A stretch of DNA of 52,543 nt from positions 1 to 52,543 of the forward strand of contig JBGAIQ010000041.1 in NCBI GenBank assembly GCA_044225365.1, given 5' to 3'. Position 1 is the stretch's first letter; every line of letters begins with the position of its first letter. The notes below the pieces were generated by a model, which was given only the letters and a program-made list of their open reading frames with translations, searched no databases and was not told where the DNA came from. Position numbers and translations under genes: made by a program. The DNA is from Planctomycetota bacterium. GTDB taxonomy: Bacteria; Planctomycetota; B15-G4; JADJEK01. This document shows, in pieces, positions 1 to 8,396 of this stretch.

Positions 1-3000
1 GCGTATCGGCTGAAGACGTTGCAAAAGGCGCCGGCCGCAGAATCGAAGGCAATCGCGGCGCAATTGCTCACGCTCGATCCCGTCGCCGCCGACTACTTCA
101 AGCTGCGCGACAAGTTCCTCGGCGAGATGCTGAAGCTCGGGCAGAGCTACGAGAAGGAGAATCGCCCGCACTCCGCGATCCGCGCCTATCGGCAGGTGCT
201 CGCTCTCGAGCCCGATCATCCAGAGGCGACCCTCGCGATCGAGCGCGTTTCCGCGCGGCCCGATCCGAGTCTCGCCGAGACGGCGAAGCCGAAGGATCTC
301 CTCGCCGACATCTCGCAGGCCTTCATCGCCGATCACGACAGCAAGCACGACTCGTGGAAGACGCGCGCCAAGCTCGAGCGCGACAACTACGTGACGCAGA
401 CCGACGCCGGCTACGAAGTGATGGTGCGCACCGGCGAGGCGATGGAGCAGATGAGCCAGTTCTATCGGCGCTTCTTCCACTACGCGGAGGACAAGAAGAA
501 GGGCGGGGTGCCGCGCATCGACGTCCTCATCTTCAAGAATCGCGACGAGTACCTGAAGCTCGGCTCGGGTCCGCCCGTCGAGTGGTCGGGCGGCCAGTTC
601 ACGGGAGGATCGGTCGAGACGTACGTGGGCGCGGGCGGCTTCGAGGAGATGACGACGACGCTGTTCCACGAGGCGGCGCATCAGTTCGTCTCCCTCGCGA
701 CCTCCGCGTCGGGCTGGCTGAACGAGGGGCTCGCGAGCTTCTTCGAGGGCACGCGCATCCTCGCGAACGGCACGGTCGTGATGAACATGCCGGCGAATCA
801 CCGGCTCTTCCCGCTCGTCACCTGCATGAAGGCCGGGTGGATGAAGGACTATCAGGACGGGATCGACCCGAAGAACGCGAGCGCGGAGCCGACGACCGCC
901 CCGACGTGGGAGATCATCCTCGAGAACAAGTACGCGTGGGGCCCGCCGTGGTATGCGCCGACGTGGGGCGTCGTGTACTTCCTCTACGACTATCAGGATC
1001 CCACCGACGGGCGCTTCGTCTATCGCGCGGCGTTCCGCGAGTTCATCAACGCGTCGGGCGGACGAGTCGGTGAAGGCGCGATCGCGAACTTCGAGAAGGT
1101 CGTGCTCGCCAACCCCTCGAAAGTGACGCCGGGGTACGAGAAGAAATCCAAGGTCCCGCTGCCGCAGACGTGCGCCGAATTGAATCCCGTCTGGAAGGCG
1201 TGGATGGAGGATCTCGCCAAGGAGCAGTCGGGCGCCAATGGAAGCCCGAAGCCTTATCTCGAGTGGGCCGAGTGTGCGCTCATCCGTAAGGAGCCCGAAG
1301 TCGCCACCGAGCACTTCGAGAAGGGCATCCTGTTCAGCCCGGACGACGTCGAACTGCTGATGGCGTTCTCGAAGCATCTCCTCGACAACGAGAAGAACCC
1401 CGACCGCGCGACGAACGAGAAGAAGATCGACGACGTCGAAGAACTACTCGCGCGCTGCGACCCGAAGCGCGGGCAGTTCAAGCGACTGATGAAGGAACTC
1501 GCCGCGGGATCGACGCAGGTCGTGCAACGCTACATCGACGAGGGCTTCCCCCTGCAGGCGATGGAGATCGCGTCACGGATCGGCACCGAGATGCAGTTGC
1601 CCACGCTCTTCGAACTGTTCGAGAAGGCCGCGCGCATGACCGATCGCTCGATCGCGCGCTGGCAGCTCGTGTACAACGAGGAGGACATGAAGGGCTGGGC
1701 GAGCCCGAGCAAGGACGTGTGGATGCCGTACGGGTCCGAACTGCTCGGACACAACGGGACCTACGATCCGAAGAACTTCGACTTCAACTTCATGACCTGC
1801 GACAAGGTCACGTCGGGCGATTTCTCGTTCGAGGCCGAGGTGTACGCCGAGCCGGACAAGAACGTGTTCTGCGGGCTCATCTTCGGCCGCAAGTCCGCGG
1901 AGACGTATCACCAGCTCGTGCTCTTCCCCGGTCATCGCGCCGACGCGACGAAGAAGCTCGATGCGCGCGCCGATCAAGTCATCTTGAGCACGATGTTCGG
2001 CTCCAATGCCTCCAAGGATTGGGAGAAGTACCGTTATCCGCCGAGCGATCGCACGGGATGGCATCGCCTGCGCGTCGACGTCGTCGATCGATTCGTCGAC
2101 ATGTACGTCGACGGGGACTACATCGTCACGCGTGAGTTCGAGAGTGCCGACGCGTTGCGCGGGTCGTTCGGCCTCGTCGCAGGTCGCGGCGATTGCCGCT
2201 TCCGCAACGTGAAGTATCAACCTCGTGAGCGCAACGACCTCGGCGCGAAGATCGAGCGAACGATCCGGCTCGAGAAGATCGACAAAGCGCAAGGGTCGGG
2301 TTCGCGCAATGGGCGTTGGAAGGGCAAGACCCCGCCCCCGCCCAAGCCGGATACCTGGTACGCCGGCGACTTCAAGCGTTTCGACGACCTGGGTAGCGCG
2401 CCGAAGCTCGTCGTGTTCTGGAACATCGCGCAGAACGAGAACATTCGGATCGATGGTTATCTGAACGATCTGTTCGGTCGCACGCGTTCTTCGGGTCTCG
2501 AGATCATTTCGATCGCGCACTGGCTCGACAAGGACAAGCTCCCGGAGTACCTGAAGACGCATCCTTTCCCGGGACACGTTGCCGTCGATCATCGTGATCG
2601 CGCGATCAACGGATTTGGCGACACGTTCGATGTCTACAGCGTCGGCGATCCCAACAAGGGCAAGAATGGGATGCCGTGGTTCGTCCTGCTCGATCTCGAC
2701 GACGTCGTCTACTGGGAAGGCGATCCGGGATTCGCGGTGGGGCAAGTCTGGAAACCGGGCGATCCATGCATCATCGACGATCAGGTCGAAGCGCTGGTCG
2801 AGACGCGCAAGCTCAAGGATTTCATGGCCTGGCGCGAGAAGTGGCGCCTCACGAGCAAGCCCGCGCTCGCCAGCGGCGACTTCGAATCCGCGTTACCGGA
2901 GCTGAAGAAGGCGCTAGATCTCTCCGCTCGCGCCGCCGAGGTCGCCGAAGCGCAACGCTTCTGGCATGCGATCGAGGTGACCGCCGACGACGTGCCGAGC

Positions 3001-3384
3001 CTTACTGCGAAGTTGACCGAAGCGGGCGCGGAGCCCGCATTGCGCGTGTTCTACGACTGGGCCGCTCGCATCGAGCATCCGGTACCGCGAGACGCGCAAG
3101 CGAAGGTCGCGCCTCTGCTTTCGTCGCCATCGGCGAAGGAATGGGACGCGGTCCTGAAGAAGGTCGACGCCGCGAAGGTGAAGCTCGGCAAGAGTGATTC
3201 GAGATCCGTTCTCGAAGGCTTGACGAAGGAGCTCGAGACCCTGAACGGTGTCTTCACGATCGAACTGAAGACTTCGCTCGGAGAAGCGATCGCGAGCTCC
3301 GACGTCGATGCGGGCAAGCGTGCACTCGATGCGGCAAAGCGCATCCCCGCGCGCTGGCTCTTTCATCGCCTCGCCACCCCGTAG
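1..3384 (+). CDS. Large multidomain protein, 5'-partial: TPR, DUF1570/peptidase-MA-like zincin, TPR, DUF1080-like beta-sandwich, thioredoxin-like fold
   Basis: Frame 1 is open from base 1 (AYRLKTL...), so the true start probably lies upstream of the window. Motifs: FHEAAH...WLNEGLASFFEG (HExxH plus distal E); TPR-like YRQVLALEPDHPEA; GDFSFEAEV...WHRLRVDV...YVDG...FRNVK; TlpA-like LVVFW...GLEIISI...MPWFVLLD. Confidence 0.85.
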   Translation, partial: AYRLKTLQKAPAAESKAIAAQLLTLDPVAADYFKLRDKFLGEMLKLGQSYEKENRPHSAIRAYRQVLALEPDHPEATLAIERVSARPDPSLAETAKPKDLLADISQAFIADHDSKHDSWKTRAKLERDNYVTQTDAGYEVMVRTGEAMEQMSQFYRRFFHYAEDKKKGGVPRIDVLIFKNRDEYLKLGSGPPVEWSGGQFTGGSVETYVGAGGFEEMTTTLFHEAAHQFVSLATSASGWLNEGLASFFEGTRILANGTVVMNMPANHRLFPLVTCMKAGWMKDYQDGIDPKNASAEPTTAPTWEIILENKYAWGPPWYAPTWGVVYFLYDYQDPTDGRFVYRAAFREFINASGGRVGEGAIANFEKVVLANPSKVTPGYEKKSKVPLPQTCAELNPVWKAWMEDLAKEQSGANGSPKPYLEWAECALIRKEPEVATEHFEKGILFSPDDVELLMAFSKHLLDNEKNPDRATNEKKIDDVEELLARCDPKRGQFKRLMKELAAGSTQVVQRYIDEGFPLQAMEIASRIGTEMQLPTLFELFEKAARMTDRSIARWQLVYNEEDMKGWASPSKDVWMPYGSELLGHNGTYDPKNFDFNFMTCDKVTSGDFSFEAEVYAEPDKNVFCGLIFGRKSAETYHQLVLFPGHRADATKKLDARADQVILSTMFGSNASKDWEKYRYPPSDRTGWHRLRVDVVDRFVDMYVDGDYIVTREFESADALRGSFGLVAGRGDCRFRNVKYQPRERNDLGAKIERTIRLEKIDKAQGSGSRNGRWKGKTPPPPKPDTWYAGDFKRFDDLGSAPKLVVFWNIAQNENIRIDGYLNDLFGRTRSSGLEIISIAHWLDKDKLPEYLKTHPFPGHVAVDHRDRAINGFGDTFDVYSVGDPNKGKNGMPWFVLLDLDDVVYWEGDPGFAVGQVWKPGDPCIIDDQVEALVETRKLKDFMAWREKWRLTSKPALASGDFESALPELKKALDLSARAAEVAEAQRFWHAIEVTADDVPSLTAKLTEAGAEPALRVFYDWAARIEHPVPRDAQAKVAPLLSSPSAKEWDAVLKKVDAAKVKLGKSDSRSVLEGLTKELETLNGVFTIELKTSLGEAIASSDVDAGKRALDAAKRIPARWLFHRLATP

Positions 3385-3393
3385 CCGCGCGCG

Positions 3394-3433
3394 TCGAACA
3401 CGCGTGCGCGGTCGTCGCGCGCAACGTGTTCGA
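3394..3433. terminator. Intergenic hairpin (possible terminator or mRNA-stabilising stem, no U-tract)
   Basis: Inverted repeat tcgaacacg...cgtgttcga with an internal GC stem, just after the stop at 3384. Confidence 0.35.
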
Positions 3434-3459
3434 ACGCTCGAAGCACCGAGGTCGACATC

Positions 3460-3855
3460 ATGTGGAAGAAGGAAGGGACCGTTCACGGAGCGATCGTGGG
3501 AGCGATCGCCGCGCTCGTCATCACGTCGTGCCTGCGCGGCTCGCCGTGTTACGAACTCGAATTCGTAAAAGTGGATCGCGTCACGAAGGGTGACGATGGA
3601 AAGCTCGAACTCGTCTACCACACGCTTGCCGAAACGATGTTCCACAGCCCTGGAGTCGATCTCGAACGCATCGATCACACTCTCGAATTGAAGGTCCTGC
3701 GCGCGTACTACAAGGACGACGCGAGTCCCGACGTCCGCGCCACCGCAGGTTCGCCCTTCCAGCGCAAGGTCACCTTCGACCTCGGCAACGCCCGCAGCGT
3801 CGTCCTCACGGATGGCCGATCGAGTCAGCAGATCTGGCCAGAAGCGGCGCAGTGA
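3460..3855 (+). CDS. Small hypothetical exported protein or lipoprotein
   Basis: 131 aa; hydrophobic N-terminus AIVGAIAALVITSC with a lipobox-like Cys; gagg upstream; host-like codon usage. Confidence 0.65.
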   Translation: MWKKEGTVHGAIVGAIAALVITSCLRGSPCYELEFVKVDRVTKGDDGKLELVYHTLAETMFHSPGVDLERIDHTLELKVLRAYYKDDASPDVRATAGSPFQRKVTFDLGNARSVVLTDGRSSQQIWPEAAQ

Positions 3856-3911
3856 CTCGCGTCGCTGCGCCGCTTCCCAATGCGTGATTCACCGTCCTGG
3901 GCCGAACTCGC

Positions 3912-6900
3912 TCAATGGAGCGGCACCTCGATGGGCTTCTTTTCGCCGGACGCCAGCGTGACCGTGGCCGTGCCCTCGAACTGACCCGACGACACCGTGA
4001 GGGTGTACTCGCCGGGCTTCAGCCCGTCGACGGTGATCGAATTGCCACCGCTCGCCTCGCGTCGTTGTTCGTCCGGCTTGTCCGTCGGATGGATCTCGAG
4101 TGTGACGAACTGGAGCGGTTCGTCGTTCGCCGGCTTTGCGGTGATGATGAGGGAGGCGCCCCGGATGGCGTCGAAGTTGACGTTGGGCACCACCTTTCCC
4201 TCCGCCACCGAAACGCTTTCGCGCTTGTCGGGACTGATGCCCGCGCCCTTGATCTCGACGTCGTAGTCGCCGGGCTCGAGGAATCGGACGACGTAATTGC
4301 CCTCGGCGTCGGTCTTCACCGAGTCCTCCTCGTCGCCGAACTTCATCGTCTGCATTCCGCCGCCGCCGCCACCTGCGCTGATCATCACGATGCCGACGCT
4401 GCGCGCTTCTTGCGGCGCATCGTCACCGCCCGATTTTGCCCGGTGCTTCCGGACTTCGACCGTGACGTTCGGCAAACCCTTCGAGCTGTCGCGATCGCGG
4501 ACCTTTCCGGACATGCCGCCGGTCGGCATGCCGATGTCGGCGTCGACCGTTTCGCGCGGGCGGATGCCGACCTTCTTCACGACCGGGATCGCGGCGCCCG
4601 CTGGTTTCACCGACAACGTGTATTCGCCGGGTTCGACGTCGGCGATCTCGTAGTGGCCGCGGTCGTCGGTCTTGCCGTTGCCGATGTCCATCGGCATGAA
4701 CGAGCCCTTCTCCTTCAGGCTCACGATCACGTTCGCGATCGGCTTCCCTGCTTCGGTCACCGTGCCCGCGACCTTGCCGGTTGGAGTGAGGAAGAGATCC
4801 TGCTCCGTTTCCTGTCCAGCTTCGATCGCGACCGGCTTGCCCTTCTGCTCGGGTCCACCGTTCACCGACATGAACACTGCGGTACCGCCACTTGCCTTCT
4901 GCGGGGCCTTGAGCGTGGCCAGGTACTGTCCCGGAGGGATTCCGCCGATGCGGAACTTGCCGTCGGCTCCCGAGGTGGCGACGAGCGGCGAGCCGGGCAG
5001 CCCCGGCAACGAGGTATCGGCAAAGGCGCCGCCGATGGCGGAGATCGAGTTGCCGTCTCCGCCCTGACGCTTCGGATTGACGGAGACGATCCCGTTGGCG
5101 AACGGCTTGCCGTCGGCGTCGTAGGCGACACCGATCAAGACGCCCGCTTCCTTCAGCTCGAGCTTCACGCCTTCGAGGTCGTCGCCGTCCTTGAGGGTGA
5201 CCGGCATGCGATCGGCAGGGGCCCAATTGGGATGATTCGCGACAAGATCGAAGTCGCCGGCGTGCAGACCCTTCAACGTGAATTTCCCGTCGGGTCCCGA
5301 CGTGGTCACGGGCTCTTCGCCATCACCGAACGCGAGGGCTGGCGCTGCTCGCGACGGCCCCGCAAGTCGGGCGCGGCGAGTGAAGACGCGCGCTCCGCCA
5401 CCGGTGTCGGCGGCTTCGTCGGAGTGCTTGGAGAGCACCACCTGCGCGCCTTCGACGCCCTTGCCATCCGATCCGAGAACGATGCCGGAGAGTCGGATCT
5501 CGGGCTGCAGCTCGACGTCTTGTTGGACCTTCGAGTTGCCCTTGACCGTGAGTTCCGTGCCCGCGCCCGACGCGAAGCCGTCGGCTTCGAAATTCAGTCG
5601 GATCCCCTCCGAAGGAAGGGCCGTGAACGCGTACAGGCCCGCGGATTCGGCGACGCCCACGAGTTTCGCGGCTTCGACGCCATAGACCGCTTCTGTTTGA
5701 GAGTCGCGAATGGGAATGAAGACTGGACCGCCGAAGCCGACGTTCTCGAGCCGCACGCTGAACTTCTCGACGGGCTTCTTGTCCTTCGAGCTGCGCACGT
5801 ATCCATAGACGATGCCGGATCGCTCGAGCGTGATCCTCACATCCTTCGAGCCCGACGCCACGGACTCCTTCGTCACGGGCAGATATCCCGGAGCGCGACC
5901 GACGACGTGATACGCCGAGTCCTTCAGCCCCGTGAGCTTGAAGTTGCCGGATGCGTCCGCAGCGACTTCGCGGCTCTGCTGGACCTGGTTCGACAAGCCG
6001 CCTTCGGTGAGGTCGAGAACGGTCTCCATGATCCGGACCTTGGCGTCCGGGATTGCGTGGCCCGCGCTGTCGAGGACGACGCCTTCGATCGAAGCGCCGG
6101 AGGAGAGCGCAACGAGGACCTCGGGCGAGATCTCCGCCCGCTTGACCTCGACGCCCTTCTTGAACTCACGCGTATGACCCTCGGCGGCCACGGAGAGTGC
6201 AGCTTCACCCGGCGCGAGTCCATCGATGCGGAAATTGCCCGAGCCGTCCGATACGGTCTTGCGCGACTTCTGCTGTCCGCCGTCGCCGATCATGAAGAGG
6301 CCGGCGCTGCCCTTGCCCTTCTCGACGGTCCACGCTTCGACATTCGCGCCGGCGATGGGGTTTCCGGCTTCGTTGACGACGCGCCCGACGAGCGTGCCGC
6401 CCGTCGCGCAGACGAAGTCGCCGAGATCGATGACGCCGCCGTCCTGCTTCGGTACGGGCTTCTCGGCGATCACGAGCTTGTCGGGCTCCACCCGCACGCT
6501 GGTGCCGAAGCCCGCGTGAACGCCCTCGAGCGCGAATCGCCCATCCGGTCCGCTCTTCGTGCCCTTGTCGCGCGGCGCCTGACGATCGCCCTTCTCGTCG
6601 ATGATGACGAGTCCGTTGATCGTGGCGATCGAGACCGGGATCCCCGCGAGCGGCGCTCCGCCGTCGTCGACCACGCGTCCCACGACGCGGCACGTGGCGC
6701 GACTCGCGGCTTCCTTCGGGCCCGTCGCATTCGGAGCCGACTCCGCGGCGGCGCGAGTCGGAGTTTGCGCGGCTTCGGGTTCGGCCTTGTCCGCGCCATT
6801 CTCGATCTTCGGCGCATCGAGCGGCGCGTTGCTCTCCGTCTTGCCCGCGTCCTGTTTCCCGTGTTGGGCGACGGAATCGTCCGGTGCGGACGAGGTCGTG

Positions 6901-6971
6901 GTCATGAAATATGCGACGCCGCCGATGGCAGCGAGCGCGATGACGATGAACAGGGCACGAAGGGGATTCAT
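3912..6971 (-). CDS. Membrane-anchored protein with multiple carboxypeptidase-regulatory-like (beta-sandwich) repeats
   Basis: Start revised to ATG 6971 (GAGGAG RBS). N-terminal TM helix followed by many G.V.D..G.P..GA.V ... G.F.L.GL..G.Y repeats. Confidence 0.85.
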   Translation of the reverse strand: MNPLRALFIVIALAAIGGVAYFMTTTSSAPDDSVAQHGKQDAGKTESNAPLDAPKIENGADKAEPEAAQTPTRAAAESAPNATGPKEAASRATCRVVGRVVDDGGAPLAGIPVSIATINGLVIIDEKGDRQAPRDKGTKSGPDGRFALEGVHAGFGTSVRVEPDKLVIAEKPVPKQDGGVIDLGDFVCATGGTLVGRVVNEAGNPIAGANVEAWTVEKGKGSAGLFMIGDGGQQKSRKTVSDGSGNFRIDGLAPGEAALSVAAEGHTREFKKGVEVKRAEISPEVLVALSSGASIEGVVLDSAGHAIPDAKVRIMETVLDLTEGGLSNQVQQSREVAADASGNFKLTGLKDSAYHVVGRAPGYLPVTKESVASGSKDVRITLERSGIVYGYVRSSKDKKPVEKFSVRLENVGFGGPVFIPIRDSQTEAVYGVEAAKLVGVAESAGLYAFTALPSEGIRLNFEADGFASGAGTELTVKGNSKVQQDVELQPEIRLSGIVLGSDGKGVEGAQVVLSKHSDEAADTGGGARVFTRRARLAGPSRAAPALAFGDGEEPVTTSGPDGKFTLKGLHAGDFDLVANHPNWAPADRMPVTLKDGDDLEGVKLELKEAGVLIGVAYDADGKPFANGIVSVNPKRQGGDGNSISAIGGAFADTSLPGLPGSPLVATSGADGKFRIGGIPPGQYLATLKAPQKASGGTAVFMSVNGGPEQKGKPVAIEAGQETEQDLFLTPTGKVAGTVTEAGKPIANVIVSLKEKGSFMPMDIGNGKTDDRGHYEIADVEPGEYTLSVKPAGAAIPVVKKVGIRPRETVDADIGMPTGGMSGKVRDRDSSKGLPNVTVEVRKHRAKSGGDDAPQEARSVGIVMISAGGGGGGMQTMKFGDEEDSVKTDAEGNYVVRFLEPGDYDVEIKGAGISPDKRESVSVAEGKVVPNVNFDAIRGASLIITAKPANDEPLQFVTLEIHPTDKPDEQRREASGGNSITVDGLKPGEYTLTVSSGQFEGTATVTLASGEKKPIEVPLH

Positions 6972-7082
6972 CCCGAGGTCTCCTCGCGGGAAGCACGAAT
7001 TCGAACAGCGACAACGCCGGGAACGAGCCCACCCGAAACGGGCCGCTGCCGGTCGCGGCGCCGAGAGCATCTTTTGTGCCTC

Positions 7083-7124
7083 GCGGATTCGGAAGCGATG
7101 CGTCGCGATTGCGAGCGAATCCGC
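7083..7124. other. Intergenic inverted repeat
   Basis: gcggattcg (7083-7091) and cgaatccgc (7116-7124), between the nnrE stop and the next minus-strand gene. Confidence 0.3.
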
Positions 7125-7213
7125 ACGATTCCGCCCCGAATCGCCCTCGATCGGCGGCGAACGAGCCCCATTTGCGGCGAACGGCCGATCGGCCGCGCTC
7201 GCTTTGGGGCCTC

Positions 7214-7924
7214 TCAGGAGCCGCGAGACGATTCGCGCAGCGCGCGGCGGACGACGTCGACGGGGAAGCCGATCGCTACGACGACCACGCGGCCGCAGTG
7301 GTCGGGCCCCGCCGCGGTGGTGAATCCGGGTTTCGTCGCGACGAAGGTCACCGTCACGTCGGCGCGGATCGCGGCTCCGAGAATTTGCCCGGTGTCGGCA
7401 TCGAGGCCCGACGGGAGGTCGATCGCCAGCACCTCGCAGTCGCTGCGATTCACTGACTGAACGATTCTCGCCGCGAGCCCATCGAGCGGGCGCGTGAGAC
7501 CGGTTCCGAACAGGCCATCGAGGACGAGCGCGGATGGGAGGGCCGTGAGGCTCTCCTCGATGTCTTCGATCGTCTCGATCGGTCGCACCGCGCCCCCGAG
7601 GGCCTCGAAGCGGTCGAGGTTCTTCTTCGCATCGCCCGTCCGTTGGGTGGGATCGCCGAGCAGGAATACTTCGATCGCAAGGTGCGGTCGCATGGAGAGA
7701 AGGTGGCGAGCCGCCACGAACCCGTCGCCGCCGTTGTTGCCTGGACCGCAGAGAACGATGACGCGCGAAAGGTCGTCATCGCGAAGCATCGCCACGGCGT
7801 GCTGCGCGACCGCGGCGCCGGCGTTCTCCATCAAGAGGTCGCCGGGCAGCAGGAAGCGGTCCTGGGCGAGCCGATCGATGGCGCGTGAGTCCTCGCGGCC
7901 GAGCGTCGCGTCGTTGGGTTCCAT
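7214..7924 (-). CDS. nnrE: NAD(P)H-hydrate epimerase (stand-alone YjeF_N)
   Basis: LMENAG, CGPGNNGGDG, DGLFGTG, AIDLPSG, ADVTVTF motifs. Start revised to ATG 7924 so it does not overlap mce. Confidence 0.9.
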   Translation of the reverse strand: MEPNDATLGREDSRAIDRLAQDRFLLPGDLLMENAGAAVAQHAVAMLRDDDLSRVIVLCGPGNNGGDGFVAARHLLSMRPHLAIEVFLLGDPTQRTGDAKKNLDRFEALGGAVRPIETIEDIEESLTALPSALVLDGLFGTGLTRPLDGLAARIVQSVNRSDCEVLAIDLPSGLDADTGQILGAAIRADVTVTFVATKPGFTTAAGPDHCGRVVVVAIGFPVDVVRRALRESSRGS

Positions 7925-7981
7925 CCGTCTGCTAGTGTATCTCCCGCGATCCGCTTCACCCTGCTTCATGAGGAATGGTCC

Positions 7982-8389
7982 ATGTCGGCGCACATCGAAC
8001 ATCTGGGTATTGCCGTTCCGTCCCTCGAGCAAGGTGTCGCGTTGTGGCGAGATCTCCTCGGCTGCGTCGAGACGTTTCGCGAGGAAGTGCCGAGCGAGAA
8101 GGTGAAGGTCGTGGGACTGGCCGCAGGCGGCGCGACGATCGAGTTGCTCGAGCCGACCTCGAGCGACTCCGCGATCGCGCGGCACCTCGAGAAGCGCGGA
8201 CCCGGGATCCATCACGTCGCATTCGAGGTCGACGACCTCGCGGGTTTACTGCCCAAGTTGAAGGCCGCCGGAGTGCAGCTCATCGACCAGGCGCCCCGCC
8301 CCGGCTCGCGCGGTACGAAGGTCGCGTTCATCCATCCGAAGGGCGCGCTCGGCGTGCTCGTGGAGCTGGTGGAGCATAAGAAGGGGTAA
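7982..8389 (+). CDS. mce: Methylmalonyl-CoA epimerase (VOC family)
   Basis: IEHLGIAV, IELLEP, GPGIHHVAFEVDD, VAFIHPK..GVLVELVE motifs; GAGGA upstream. Confidence 0.92.
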   Translation: MSAHIEHLGIAVPSLEQGVALWRDLLGCVETFREEVPSEKVKVVGLAAGGATIELLEPTSSDSAIARHLEKRGPGIHHVAFEVDDLAGLLPKLKAAGVQLIDQAPRPGSRGTKVAFIHPKGALGVLVELVEHKKG

Positions 8390-8396
8390 GGAGGGC

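Noticed and set aside
1387-1424. In-frame deletion in a TPR at the aacgagaagaa direct repeat
   Set aside because: The TPR looks short (NPDRATNEKKID), but this cannot be established without a homolog alignment.
3915-7460. Long alternative-frame ORFs (e.g. 3915-7460 +, 24798-27791 +, 36595-41334 -, 42114-45755 +)
   Set aside because: Arg-rich shadow ORFs typical of high-GC DNA; they overlap genes with clear motifs.
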